A DNA stretch of 64,000 nt from Vicinamibacteria bacterium (GCA_963668695.2 CAXXLQ010000004.1:1152001-1216000), one strand, 5' to 3'; positions 48,252 to 59,386 are shown, counted from the first letter of the stretch. Translations and numbers: made by a program. The notes: generated by a model from the sequence alone, not told the origin.

Positions 48252-48393
48252 CTAAACAACCTGTGGACAAAGCCACGCGGCCCAGTTCTCCCGGTGGGGG
48301 CTCCTCCCTCACGCGCCTTGTCAGCCGGGCGCCTCGCCCCCACCGGGAGGACTGGCCGCTCTCGGCGCTCACGTGGCTTTGCCCACCGGCTGT
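48252..48393. mobile_element. MITE-like element, copy 3 (short, reverse orientation)
   Basis: Shared core CCCTCACGCGCCTTGTCAGCCGGGCGCCTC with diverged TIRs. Confidence 0.65.
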
Positions 48394-48426
48394 CACGTCC
48401 GTGGTGGTGCTCCAGGATGTGATGGA

Positions 48427-49227
48427 ATGACCGCCGTGGAACGGGTGCGAAGGGTTTCCTGGTGGGTGGTGCTCGTGGGGCTTGCGCTGCCCCTGTCCGC
48501 CGGGGCCCAGGGCTTCAGCCGGACCGAGTTTCAGTACCAGGGCGGATCGGCGTGGGTCGAGGGTCTGCTCAGTCCGCCGGGATTTCAGCACACCTTCACC
48601 CTGCAGCACGCGAGCGCCTGGAGTCACGGATCCAACTTCTTCTTCGTGGACCTGGTCTGCTGCGACGAGCCGGTTTCCAACCGGGACGCCTACCTGGAGT
48701 GGTATTCCTACCTGAGCCTTGGCGCGCTCAGCGGCAAGAAAATCTCCTTCGGGCCCATCAGTAATATCAATGTCACCGGAGGCATCAACTGGGGATCGCA
48801 GGCGCGCCTCGTCAAGTTGACCCCCGGAATCCAGTTCGCCCTCGATCTGCCCGGATTCGCTTTCGCGAACCTGGATTTCGTCTATCTCGTAGATTTGAGC
48901 GCGGGCCTCGAAGGCGGCGGGGTACCCAAGGCCGACGGGATCTTCGGAGTGGATTTCAACTGGGCGTATCCCTTCCAGATCGGTGAGGGCTCCTTCTCGG
49001 TAGAGGGGCACGGTGAATGGCAGAGTTCTGCGGGGAACGAAACCGGCGGGCGTCAGCCATACCAGATCCTCCTTCAGCCCCAGATCCGCTACGACATCGG
49101 AAAGGCCATGTGGGGCGCGGAAAACCGCGTCCTGGTCGGAACCGAGCTTCAGGTCTGGATCAACAAGTTCGCCGTCGACGGGGCGAACGAATTCCTGCCG
49201 CAGTTCGTCCTGGTCTTCGGGTTCTGA
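48427..49227 (+). CDS. Tsx/DUF5020-like outer-membrane channel
   Basis: TLQHA..W..GSNFFFVD, QPQIRYD, GTE.Q.W.NKF and terminal Phe. Confidence 0.78.
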   Translation: MTAVERVRRVSWWVVLVGLALPLSAGAQGFSRTEFQYQGGSAWVEGLLSPPGFQHTFTLQHASAWSHGSNFFFVDLVCCDEPVSNRDAYLEWYSYLSLGALSGKKISFGPISNINVTGGINWGSQARLVKLTPGIQFALDLPGFAFANLDFVYLVDLSAGLEGGGVPKADGIFGVDFNWAYPFQIGEGSFSVEGHGEWQSSAGNETGGRQPYQILLQPQIRYDIGKAMWGAENRVLVGTELQVWINKFAVDGANEFLPQFVLVFGF

Positions 49228-50045
49228 GCATCAGGGACACGGGGACGTCCGTCCTCCTGCTTGCCCTGGCGTTCGGCGCCTGCGGGGATCCGTCCGGGTC
49301 CCCGTCCGGGCCCCCGTCCGGACCGCAGCCGCCGGGGACCGTCGGGATTCCGGCGGGCGGCGAAGTGGACGCTTTCTTTCTGGACCGCGAAGAGGTCACG
49401 ACCGCCCGCTTCGCCGCCTTCGTGACGGAGAGCGGCCACCAGACCGACGCGGAAGACTACGGCTGGTCGCTCGTCTTCCACGACCCCGGGACCGAGCCTG
49501 AAGGCGCGCGGGTGGTCGCCGCGACCCCCTGGTGGGTCATGGTGGAGCGCGCCGACTGGCGGCGGCCGCGCGGCCCCGAACACCCCCCCGCCGAGGACGA
49601 CCACCCGGCCACCCAGGTGAGCTGGAACGACGCGGCCGCCTTCTGCGCCGCGGCCGGCGGCCGCCTTCCCACCCGAGCCGAATGGGGGCACGCCGCCCGC
49701 GGGGGCCAGGCCGGGAGCCCATTCCCCTGGGGCGACCGGTCGCCGTTCGCCGGAGAGCCGCTCGCCAACCTCTGGGACGGCCTCTTTCCCATGCACCCGG
49801 GACCCGGGGACCGCTTTCCCGGGATCGCCCCGGTGGGGATGTTCCCGCCGAATCCCTACGGGCTCCTCGACATGGCGGGGAACGTGTGGGAGTGGGTGGA
49901 CGGCGGCGAGCCGGAATTCCGGCCGCTCCGGGGCGGGTCCTTCCTCTGCGCCGAGAACTCCTGCCAGGGGTATCGGATCGACTGGGAGAACCGGGCGTCC
50001 GACGATTCCGCCTGGAACCACACCGGCTTCCGCTGCGCGTTTTAG
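49224..50045 (+). CDS. Formylglycine-generating enzyme (SUMF1/FGE) family lipoprotein
   Basis: EVT...F..FV, HP..VSWNDA, RLPT.AEW, GNVWEW, RGGSFLC...SC..YR and GFRC. Start uncertain. Confidence 0.88.
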   Translation: MSIRDTGTSVLLLALAFGACGDPSGSPSGPPSGPQPPGTVGIPAGGEVDAFFLDREEVTTARFAAFVTESGHQTDAEDYGWSLVFHDPGTEPEGARVVAATPWWVMVERADWRRPRGPEHPPAEDDHPATQVSWNDAAAFCAAAGGRLPTRAEWGHAARGGQAGSPFPWGDRSPFAGEPLANLWDGLFPMHPGPGDRFPGIAPVGMFPPNPYGLLDMAGNVWEWVDGGEPEFRPLRGGSFLCAENSCQGYRIDWENRASDDSAWNHTGFRCAF

Positions 50046-50280
50046 CAGCCTGTGGTGGAACCCGGGTGAGCGCCGAGGCCGGCGAGGCGCCCGGTGGGGG
50101 CGAGGCGCCCGGCTGACAAGGCGCGTGAGGGAGGAGCCCCCACCGGGAGAACTGGCCCGAGTGTATTTCGACCGAAACGCAACGCAGAGCGCCGCAAAGC
50201 GGCAGTTCTCCCGGTGGGGGGCGGTTCAGCCGGGATGCATAGCTGGCCGGACGCCGCGCCATGTCGTCCACGGACTGTTT
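50044..50280. mobile_element. MITE-like element, copy 4
   Basis: Left TIR AGCAGCCTGTGGTGGAACCC overlaps the upstream TAG stop; shared core. Confidence 0.7.
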
Positions 50281-50310
50281 GGGAGTCCTCCAGCGGTACA
50301 CTGCGCCGCC

Positions 50311-51114
50311 GTGCCGACTGTCGCTGGAGCCCTTCCCGAGCAGCAGGGGTTCGGTGTCACGCGCCGCCGTGACACGTGGTGGGTCGTCCCCGCGGCGACC
50401 TTCGCCGTGCTGTCCGGGTTCATCGTTTACTCGACCTGGGCCGCCTTCCAGAACGCTCATTACGACTTCGGGAACTACCTCTCGCCGATGTACTCGCCGG
50501 TGCTGTTCGGCGATTCCCACCACGCCTGGCTCGGAGGCAAGCCGAGCATCTGGCCGGCCTTCCTCCCCTGGTCTCCGGCGCTCCTGATCCTGTGGGCGCC
50601 GGCCGGTTTCCGGCTCACTTGCTACTACTACCGCGGGTCGTACTACAAGGCGTTTTGGGCCAGTCCCACGAACTGCACGGTCGGCAAGCCCTGGAAGACC
50701 TACCGCGGGGAAAACAGCCTGCCGCTGATCCTCCAAAACGTCCACCGCTACTTCCTCTACCTGGCGGTGGGATTCATCGGGATCCTCGCCTGGGACGCCT
50801 GGAAGGCGATGTGGTTCGCGGACTCAACCGGCGCCGAGCAGTTCGGAATCGGGGTCGGCACCCTGGTGCTCGCCACCAACGTGATCCTGCTCGGGGGGTA
50901 CACCTTCGGCTGCCACTCCTTCCGTCACCTGGTCGGCGGTTTCCTCGACCGGATCTCGGGAAAGCCGGCCCGGCTCTGCGCCTACGAGTGTTCGAGCTGG
51001 CTGAACCTGCGGCATATGAAGTTCGCCTGGTGCAGCCTCTTCTGGGTGGCGTTCTCCGACATCTATGTCCGGCTCTGCTCCATGGGCGTCTGGACTGATT
51101 TCAGGATTCTCTGA
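50311..51114 (+). CDS. Succinate dehydrogenase membrane anchor (Sdh1/Rv0249c-like)
   Basis: FRLTCYYYR..YY.AFW..P..C, QN.HRYF and GCHS.RH; coupled to sdhA. Confidence 0.85.
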   Translation: MPTVAGALPEQQGFGVTRRRDTWWVVPAATFAVLSGFIVYSTWAAFQNAHYDFGNYLSPMYSPVLFGDSHHAWLGGKPSIWPAFLPWSPALLILWAPAGFRLTCYYYRGSYYKAFWASPTNCTVGKPWKTYRGENSLPLILQNVHRYFLYLAVGFIGILAWDAWKAMWFADSTGAEQFGIGVGTLVLATNVILLGGYTFGCHSFRHLVGGFLDRISGKPARLCAYECSSWLNLRHMKFAWCSLFWVAFSDIYVRLCSMGVWTDFRIL

Positions 51115-52937
51115 TGCAGGTAGCGGAACACGATGTCCTGGTCATCGGCGCCGGGGGCGCCGGACTCCGCGCGGCCATCGAGGCGTCGGCGACGGGCGCC
51201 AGCGTGGGCCTCGTCACCAAGTCGCTGCTCGGCAAGGCGCACACCGTGATGGCGGAGGGCGGGATCGCCGCCGCCCTCGGCAACGTGGACGGCCGCGACG
51301 ACTGGAAGACCCACTTCGCGGACACCATGCGGGGCGGCCAGTACGTCAACAACCCGACGATGGCCGAGCTCCACGCCCAGGAAGCGCCGGACCGGGTCCG
51401 GGAGCTGGAGGCCTGGGGGGCGGTGTTCGACCGCACGACCGACCAGAAAATCCTCCAGCGCAACTTCGGCGGCCACAAGTACCCGCGGCTCGCGCACGTC
51501 GGAGACCGGACCGGGCTGGAGATGATCCGCACCCTCCAGGACCACGGGATCCATCTCGGCATCGACGTCCACATGGAGTGGACGGTCACCGGGCTGATCA
51601 CCGATGGCGGCCGGGTGGTCGGCGCCTTCGGCTACGACCGCGAGAAGGGGCGCTTCCAGCTCTTCCGGGCGTCGGCGGTGGTGCTCGCCACCGGCGGGAT
51701 CGGGCGGGCGTTCCGGATCACCTCCAACAGTTGGGAATACACCGGTGACGGCCACGCGCTCGCCTACGAGGCCGGGGCCGAGTTGATCGACATGGAGTAC
51801 GTCCAGTTCCACCCGACCGGGATGGTCTGGCCGCCGAGCGTCCGGGGCATCCTGGTGACCGAGGGAGTGCGCGGCGAAGGCGGCGTCCTCCGGAACAGCG
51901 AGGGGCGCCGGTTCATGTTCGACGACATTCCGGACCCCTACAAGAACTCGACGGCGAGCGATCCGGAAGAGGGCTGGCGCTACACCCAGCGCGACAAGGA
52001 AGCGCGGCGGCCGCCTGAGCTGCTGACCCGCGACCACGTCGCCCGCTGCATCGTCCGGGAGATCCGGGAGGGCCGGGGCAGCCCGCACGGCGGGGTGTTC
52101 CTCGACATCTCCTGGATCAAGGAAAAGCTGAAGGACAGCGAAGCGCACATCCGGCGCAAGCTCCCGAGCATGTACCACCAGTTCAAGGAGTTGGCCGGGA
52201 TCGACATCACGAAGGAAGCGATGGAAGTCGGCCCCACCACCCACTACGTGATGGGCGGGGTCAAGGTGGACGGGGAGACCCAGATGTCCCGCGTCCCCGG
52301 CCTCTTCGCCGCCGGCGAGTGCGCGGGCGGCCTCCACGGGGCGAACCGGCTGGGCGGGAACTCGCTCTCCGACCTGCTGGTCTTCGGCAAGCGGGCCGGC
52401 GAGCAGGCGGCGGCGTTCGCGAGCGCGAATCCGCGGTCCGGCGCCGCCGGGGCCGAGGCCGAGCAGGTCGAAGCGGCCACCCGGGACGCCCTCGCCCCGC
52501 TTGAGCGGCAGGACGGCGGCGGCGGCGGGGTCGGTTCCTACGCCATCCAGAGCGAGCTCCAGGATCTCATGCAGACGAAAGTCGGCATCGTGCGCAACCA
52601 GGCGGAGCTGGAATCCGGGCTCGAGGGAGTGCTGGCGCTGAGAAAGCGAGCCGCAAACGTCAGCGCCTCCGGCAACCGCGCCTACAACCCCGGTTGGCAC
52701 ACCGCACTTGATCTGCCCAACCTGCTGCTCGTCTCCGAGGCGGTGGCGCGGGCCGCCGCGCTCCGGAAGGAGAGCCGCGGCGCCCACTTCCGCGAGGACC
52801 ACATCGGCAAGGACGAGCGCTGGGGGAACACCACCCTGGTGGTCCGGAAGGGCGCGGACGGCGGGATGGAAATCGTGGAAGAGCCGGTGACGCCGCCGCG
52901 GGAAGAGTTGCAGCAGATCATCGAGGAGAACCGCTGA
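51114..52937 (+). CDS. sdhA: Succinate dehydrogenase/fumarate reductase flavoprotein
   Basis: GAGGAG, HTVMAEGG, QFHPT, HGANRLGGNSL and ESRGAH. Confidence 0.95.
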   Translation: MQVAEHDVLVIGAGGAGLRAAIEASATGASVGLVTKSLLGKAHTVMAEGGIAAALGNVDGRDDWKTHFADTMRGGQYVNNPTMAELHAQEAPDRVRELEAWGAVFDRTTDQKILQRNFGGHKYPRLAHVGDRTGLEMIRTLQDHGIHLGIDVHMEWTVTGLITDGGRVVGAFGYDREKGRFQLFRASAVVLATGGIGRAFRITSNSWEYTGDGHALAYEAGAELIDMEYVQFHPTGMVWPPSVRGILVTEGVRGEGGVLRNSEGRRFMFDDIPDPYKNSTASDPEEGWRYTQRDKEARRPPELLTRDHVARCIVREIREGRGSPHGGVFLDISWIKEKLKDSEAHIRRKLPSMYHQFKELAGIDITKEAMEVGPTTHYVMGGVKVDGETQMSRVPGLFAAGECAGGLHGANRLGGNSLSDLLVFGKRAGEQAAAFASANPRSGAAGAEAEQVEAATRDALAPLERQDGGGGGVGSYAIQSELQDLMQTKVGIVRNQAELESGLEGVLALRKRAANVSASGNRAYNPGWHTALDLPNLLLVSEAVARAAALRKESRGAHFREDHIGKDERWGNTTLVVRKGADGGMEIVEEPVTPPREELQQIIEENR

Positions 52938-53683
52938 TGGCCAGCAGGACCTTCCGCGTCTGGCGCGGAGAACGGGACGGCGAAGGCGGGTTCGCCGACT
53001 ACTCGACGGACATCACCGAGGGAATGGTCGTCCTCGACGCCGTCCACCAGATCCAGGCGGAGTCGGCGGGAGATCTCGCGGTCCGCTGGAACTGCAAGGC
53101 GGGCAAGTGCGGCTCCTGCAGCGCCGAGGTCAACGGCAATCCCCGGCTCATGTGCATGACCCGGATGAGCGATCTCCCCGAGGGCGAGCCGGTCACGATC
53201 GAGCCGATGCGGGCCTTCCCGCTGCTGAGGGATCTGGTGACCGACGTGAGCTGGAACTTCGAGGTCAAGAAGCGGATCAAGAAGTTCAAGCCCCGGGCGC
53301 CGGACGCCCCCGATGGAACCTGGCGGATGGAACAGCGCGACGTGGACCGCGTCCAGGAGTTCCGGAAGTGCATCGAATGCTTCCTCTGCCAGGACGTCTG
53401 CCACGTGCTCCGGGATTCGCAAAAGCACGACGAGTTCATCGGGCCCCGGTTCTTCGTCCACACCGCCGCCCTCGAGATGCACCCGCTCGATACCGAGGAC
53501 CGGCTCGAGGAGCTGAAGGAAGCCCAGGGCGTCGGCTACTGCAACATCACGAAGTGCTGCACCGAGGTCTGCCCGGAGCACATCACGATCACCGACAACG
53601 CGATCATCCCGCTCAAGGAGCGGGTGGTGGACCGCTTCTACGATCCGGTAAAGAACCTCTTCCGCATCATCACCGGCGGTTGA
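52937..53683 (+). CDS. sdhB: Succinate dehydrogenase iron-sulfur subunit
   Basis: CKAGKCGSC, CIECFLCQDVC and CNITKCCTEVCP. Confidence 0.95.
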   Translation: MASRTFRVWRGERDGEGGFADYSTDITEGMVVLDAVHQIQAESAGDLAVRWNCKAGKCGSCSAEVNGNPRLMCMTRMSDLPEGEPVTIEPMRAFPLLRDLVTDVSWNFEVKKRIKKFKPRAPDAPDGTWRMEQRDVDRVQEFRKCIECFLCQDVCHVLRDSQKHDEFIGPRFFVHTAALEMHPLDTEDRLEELKEAQGVGYCNITKCCTEVCPEHITITDNAIIPLKERVVDRFYDPVKNLFRIITGG

Positions 53684-53857
53684 TCCGCGCCCCTGCTGCC
53701 GGCCTGGGGCTTAACAGCCCCAGCCAGTCCGGCCCTCGGTGGTTGTTGCCGGGCGTCCGGCCCAGCCTTGGAAACCGGCGGGTTGCAATGACTTACGGCC
53801 TCCGACAAGATCCCGGGTCCGCTCCGGCCGCAACGGACCGGGGGAAAGGAATCACCC

Positions 53858-54229
53858 ATGAACACTTCGGGAATCATCAAGGGCGGGCTCGTAGCCGGTC
53901 TGCTCATCAACGTCAGCGAGTACGTGCTGAACATGATGGTGGTGCCGGTCGAAGGCGGCGGTGGATCCATCGCCTTCTGGGTCGTGTACGCCTTCGTGCT
54001 CGGCCTGCTGACCGCCTATCTGTACGCGCTGGTCCGTCCGCGCTGCGGCGGGGGGCCGAAGACGGGTGTCTGCGCCGGGTTGATCGTGTGGGCACTCCAC
54101 ACCTTGCTCCCCGCCGCCGGCATCGCCAACATGGGCCTCATGGATCTGAACGTGCTCGGGTTGGTGTGGACCGCCGTGGAGATGTCGCTCGCCGGCGTCC
54201 TGGCCGGGATGCTCTACAGCGAAGCCTAG
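53858..54229 (+). CDS. Small 4-TM hypothetical membrane protein
   Basis: Hydrophobic, has an RBS, and is a paralogue of 54673-55023. Confidence 0.8.
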   Translation: MNTSGIIKGGLVAGLLINVSEYVLNMMVVPVEGGGGSIAFWVVYAFVLGLLTAYLYALVRPRCGGGPKTGVCAGLIVWALHTLLPAAGIANMGLMDLNVLGLVWTAVEMSLAGVLAGMLYSEA

Positions 54230-54672
54230 GGAGCGGCCTCCGCGGCCAGCAGCATGGTCAGGCAAGGGAACGCCGACCTCCGGGCGGCAGAGAAGGACCC
54301 CCAGTTCGGGGGTGTCCGTTTCTCGGCGAAATCCCGTGGTTCGGCATCATCCGGGGAGCTGCGTGGGGACGATTCGCTGCGCCTTGCGCAGCGGTGCCGG
54401 GTCCCACCGGTAGGACGGGCAAGGTCCGCGTTCCCGTGTCGACGGCGCCATCGGCACGGTTAGCGCCCTAGCGCGAACAGCACTTTCACAGGGCCGGGCG
54501 GTTCTACTCCGAAGCCTGAGCCTTCCGGAGCGCGGACGCGAAGCACAACCCAAAGACTGGTCTCCGCGTCGGGCGTCGCCCCCTGTTCGGGATTTGAATT
54601 TCCAGGCAGTCTCGAAAAGCATTGCCGTACCGCGCCGGGTTCCGTCAGGACCCGAGGGAGAAGAGACGCCTA

Positions 54673-55023
54673 ATGAACAAGTTGCAATTCATCAAGAGCG
54701 GGTTGGTGGCTGGCCTGTTCATCAACGTCAGTGAGTACTTCGTGAGCGCGATGGTGCTCCAGGTACCGAGCGAATCCATGATGTTCTGGGTGGTTTACCG
54801 TTTCGCGCTCGGGTTCCTCGTCGCCACCATGTATGCGTTCCTGCTCCGGCGCGACTGGATCTCCGGACCCAAGACCGCCGCCTGCGCCGGGATCATCGTC
54901 TGGTTCGCCGCCGCCGGCCTGAACAATGTCGTACTGGGATTCAGCGTCGTCGCCCTGGTCTGGATCTTCGCGGAGATGACCGTTGCCGGTCTCCTGGCCG
55001 GCAAGCTCTACAGCGAAGCCTAA
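54673..55023 (+). CDS. Small 4-TM hypothetical membrane protein (paralogue)
   Basis: IKSGLVAGLFINVSEY...GPKT...LYSEA is shared with the upstream gene. Confidence 0.8.
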   Translation: MNKLQFIKSGLVAGLFINVSEYFVSAMVLQVPSESMMFWVVYRFALGFLVATMYAFLLRRDWISGPKTAACAGIIVWFAAAGLNNVVLGFSVVALVWIFAEMTVAGLLAGKLYSEA

Positions 55024-55112
55024 GAACGCCGGCCAGTTCTTCCGGTGGGGCTTCACACCGGCATCGCCCGCCCGCCGGGCGGGCGAAACCCGCGCGTCGC
55101 TCGCTCGGGCGG

Positions 55113-58100
55113 CTACCTCCCCCCGAGCACCTCCCGCGCACGCCGGACCTGCTCCTCATCCCCCGCCCGGGCGGCGGCTTCCAGCAGACCCCGATAGAGG
55201 TTGAGGTCCGTGGGATCGCGGTCCACCGCCTCCCGGTAGAGCCGGACCGCCTCTGAGGGGCGTCCCGACGCCAGCTCGAAGGCCCCGAAGTTCGCCCAGT
55301 GGAACGCCGGGCCCGGCGACTGCGCGACGAGGTTCGAAAAGGCTTCCCGCGCCTCGGTCGTCCGTCCGAGTTCCGCGAGCGCCACCGCCCGAACGCGGAG
55401 CGCCCGTTCCGTCTCCGGCCGGGCCGCCAGGATGGCGGCGGACTGTTCGGCGGCTTCCTCCGCCCTGCCGCGGCGCACGCTCAGCTCGGCGAGCCAGGCC
55501 GCCGCCTCCGCATCCTGCGGGTCGCTTCCGAGCACCGCCAGCACCAGCGCCTCGGCGGAGTCCCAGGCGCCGCGTTCGACCTGGACTTCGGCTGACAGGA
55601 GCAGCGCCTCGCGATCCTCGGCCAGCTCGGCCGGTCCGCCCTCGAGTACCGCCGCCGCTTCGTCGGGCCTGCGCGCCCGCAGCAGGAGCTGGGCGAGCGA
55701 AACGGTGAGCGCCCGCGCGGTCTCGCTCGCCGCTGGAACGGTCCCCAGCGCGGCCCGCAGGGCTTCCGCACCCTCTGCCGCCCTGCCGCTCGCCAGCGCG
55801 GCTGCACCAGCCGCCGCTGCTGCGCTTCGGTTCGGCGGGATCGAGTTCGAGCGCCTGCCGGGCCAGCTCGAGCGCCCAGTCCGGGTTCTGGGCGGAGAGG
55901 AGTCCGGCGGCGCGGCCCGCGAGCCTTCCGGCGTCGGGTGAAGGCGCCGGCCCGAAGGGCCCGAAAGGCGGTTCCGAGGCGAGCCGCTCGAGCGCCCGGC
56001 GGTTTTGGAAAGCGGTGGTGGCGTGGACGGACAGCGGCGCCCGGAACTCCAGGATCGGATGGTCGTCCCGGTGCCGCGGCGCCCCGGCGGCCCAGGCTGC
56101 CAGTTCCGGACCCGCCGCCGTAAGCCAGCCGCGGAGCGCACGGAAGTCCGTGATGCCGTAAGGGGCGAGCTCGTCAGCCAACCGGGCGATGCGGGGCTCG
56201 ATATTGCGCCCCGGAACCGGCGGGAACGCCCCGTTCGAGCCGATCAGCAGCGCGTCCCCGTCGTGGAGCACGAAGAGCACGGCTTGCGGGAAGACATCGG
56301 TGAACCCGCCCACCACCGTCCGCAGGCTCTCCTCCGCGAGGTTGTAGAGGTGGATCCACTGGCAGAAGAGGCCGCCGTCCTTGAGCCGCGAGCGCACCAG
56401 CTCGAAGAACTCCACCGTGAAGAGCGGTGAAACGCCGCTCATCCAGGGGTTCGACGGTTCCGAGATCACGACATCGAACGAATCGCGGGAGAAGAGCAGG
56501 TGGTTCCGCGCGTCCACCTCCAGGAGCGAAAAGCGTTCGTCCGCCCACGGCGCACGGTTGCTCTCTCCGAAGAGCCGGGACGCCTGCGCCACCTCCGGGG
56601 AGATTTCGGCGGCGGTCACCCGCTTTACCCCGTGCCGGAGGGCGGCGCCGGCGGTGACCCCGCTCCCGTGTCCCACGATGAACACCGAGTCCGGCGCGGG
56701 GTGGAGGAGGAGCGGCAGGTGCGCCAGCATCCGCTGCGTCAGCATGTCCGCCCCGTCGGTCGCGTCCACCTTCCCGTCGATGGCGAGCGAGAGTTCGCCG
56801 CCCACCTCCTTCACGGACACCGTCGCGGCGGCGCCCTGCTCCAGGAAGCGCAGCTCGCCCCGGCGCAGGAAGTCCCGGTGGCGGGAAACCTCCATCTGCG
56901 GCGCAACGCGGTAGAGCCCGCCGGAGAGCGCCTCCCAGTCCCAGGATGCCGTGGCGCCGACGCCGAAGGCAGCAAGCGAGCCGGCGAACAGCAACGTCAG
57001 GACCCGGGGCTTCGCCACGAGCGCGGCCGCGAGCTGGGCGAGCACGGCAGCGAGCAGCGCCGCCTCGATGCCGAGCCAGGGGATGATGAGGAAACCCGCC
57101 GCGAGCGCGCCGAGTACGTTCCCGCTGGCGTTCGTCGCGTAGATCGTCCCGGTGGCGCGCCCGGCGTCTCCGGCGGAGGAACCGCCGGAGGTTGCGGCGC
57201 CCCCCACCGCCAGCGGAAAGGTGGCGCCGAAGGCGAGGCCGGGCAGGAGCAGCACTGCCGCGGTGCCCAGGAACTGGAGGTTGAGGAGGTGCGGCACGTC
57301 CGCGGCGTTTTCGGCGACCAGTTCCCCGATCGGGAGCACGAGACGGCTTCCGAACCACGCGACGGCGGCCGAAGCGGCCGCTCCCCCGAGCTGGACGATC
57401 GCCAACCAGGTGCGGGCGCTTCCGCCGCCGCGCCACCGCTCCGCGAGTCGCCCGGCGGCCGCGCTGCCGAGCGCGACCCCCAGGATCACCGACGCCACCA
57501 CGCAGGCGAAGGTGTAGATCGTGGGCCCGAAGAGCAGGGAGGCGAGTCGCGCCCAGCCGATTTCGGCGGCCATCGCGGCGAACCCGGAGAGCGCCGCGAT
57601 CCCGGAGAAGGGCGCCGTCCCGCGCCCTCCGAACCACGGGCCCCGGGTTGCCTGCGGGAGGCTCCCGGCCGGAGCCCTGCCGAAGCGGGTCCACACCAGG
57701 ACTCCGGCCAGCAGGTTTGCGGCGATCCCGCAGACCGAGGACCCGGTGAGGCCCAGTTCGGGAATCAGCATCCGGGCGGCGGCCACGCTCCCGATGAGGG
57801 CGCCCACGGTGTTCACGGCATAGAGCCAGCCGGCGGCGCCCGCTTCGCCGCGGTCCCGAACCCGGCGGCTGAGCGCGGTGAGCGTCGGCAGGGTGGCGCC
57901 CATCAGGGTGGCGGCGGGCAGGAGGAAAAGAGCGGCCAGCATCGCGGTGGGCGCCAGCGCGCTCTCCGGGGTCGCCGCCGCTCTGACGAGGGGCACGGTT
58001 CCGGCCAGATAGAGCGGCAACCCCGCCGCGAATCCCGCTGCCCCCAGTTCCAGGACCAGGAACCGTCGCGCCAGCCGCGCGGCCCCGAGTCTTCCGCCCG

Positions 58101-58296
58101 AGCGCGCGGCCAGGATCGCACCCAGCCCGAGTCCGCCAAGGAACATGGCGAGCACCACGGTCACTGCGGCGTTCGTCGTCCCGAGCACGACGGCGAAGCG
58201 CCGCACCCAGACGATCTGGTAGGTCAGCGACGCGAAGCCCGAGAGCAGGATCGCGAAGCCGAGCAGGGCGCCTCTACCTCCGCGCGCGGCGTTCAT
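55113..58296 (-). pseudogene. Fused membrane domain / spermidine synthase-like methyltransferase / TPR protein, frameshifted near 55830
   Basis: Two membrane repeats (LYAVNTVGA, IYATNASG), G.GSGVT and FDVVISEPSNPW. The TPR tail is in another frame (55113-~55830). Confidence 0.8.
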
Positions 58297-58327
58297 CGCA
58301 CAGGCAGCGTAGTGCCTGGCCCGCGTC

Positions 58328-59380
58328 CTATCGCTGTTCCGGTTCGCCTCCGGTCCGGTGCAGATACCCGCTCCGCGCCCGGACGTTCGCCCCGTCCCGG
58401 TTCACCGTGACTTCCAGCGAGCGCCAGCCCGGGGGCTGATCGGGGTCCGGCACGAAGGCGAGTGCGTAGCGGGACCGCATTTCCTCCAGGATCTCTCCGT
58501 AGGCAGCCAGCAGGCGCCGTTCGTCACGGCTCTGCACCAGTCGGCCGCCGCTTAGTTCGGCGACGTGGCGCAGGAGCTGGAGTTCCGAGGGGGCGCGCAT
58601 GCCGGCGCGCGTCCGGAGGTTCCGGCGCGGCCCGTCGAGCAGGATCTCGAGTGCATCGGGGGCGATTCCGCCGTTCATGCGCCGGATGCCGATGCGCCGC
58701 CGGCGCGCCACCGAGGGGGGGACGAAATCCTGATTCCGGTAGCGGTATCGCTGGCGGGCCGTGCCCCGGGTGTCCGGGGGAATGACGACGTAAAGCACCG
58801 CCTCGCTGCCCTGGAGCGCCGGCTCCACGAACCCCTCCGGCGTCCAGCTCATGGTGTCCGCGCCGTCGGTAAACATGATGACCACCTTCCGTCCGGGCTC
58901 CTCCTCGACGAGCGCCGTGGAAAGCACGACCGAATCCCAAAGCGCCGTGCCCCCGACGACTCCCTCCGGGGGGAAGGGGTTCGGGGGAAGGTCCGAACAG
59001 CCGGCGAAGTCGTGGGTCACAGCGGGTTCGGAAGCGAAGGTGACGACCGCACAGCGGTCCTGTCCGGACAGTTGGCCGGAGAACTGCCGGGCCGCCTCCG
59101 CGAGGCGCTGCCGGCGTTCCTGTGTGACGCTCTGGCTCATGTCCATCACGAAGAGCACCGAGACCGGCAGGTCTTCGAGCGGCACCAGCCGGACGTCCCG
59201 GCGGACGCCCCCGTCGAGGAGGACGAAATCCCGCGCCGTGAGGTCCGCCACCGGGCGGTCCCGCCGGGTGACGACGACGTCCACGAGGACCTCTTCCACC
59301 GTGACGCGGAAACGGACCTGCCCGGACGCGGCGGAGGCCAGGACAGGGACGAGCAGCGCGGCGGTGAGGAACGTGCGCAT
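58328..59380 (-). CDS. VWA domain protein (acidobacterial type)
   Basis: DMSQS MIDAS, GTALWD, FTDG.DT.S and RARSGY. Confidence 0.9.
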   Translation of the reverse strand: MRTFLTAALLVPVLASAASGQVRFRVTVEEVLVDVVVTRRDRPVADLTARDFVLLDGGVRRDVRLVPLEDLPVSVLFVMDMSQSVTQERRQRLAEAARQFSGQLSGQDRCAVVTFASEPAVTHDFAGCSDLPPNPFPPEGVVGGTALWDSVVLSTALVEEEPGRKVVIMFTDGADTMSWTPEGFVEPALQGSEAVLYVVIPPDTRGTARQRYRYRNQDFVPPSVARRRRIGIRRMNGGIAPDALEILLDGPRRNLRTRAGMRAPSELQLLRHVAELSGGRLVQSRDERRLLAAYGEILEEMRSRYALAFVPDPDQPPGWRSLEVTVNRDGANVRARSGYLHRTGGEPEQR

Positions 59381-59386
59381 CAGGGA

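Noticed and set aside
54495-54572. Glycine riboswitch-like words (GGAGA..GAAGG..CTCAGG) on the minus strand
   Set aside because: They are antisense to both flanking genes and the spacing does not fit the aptamer.
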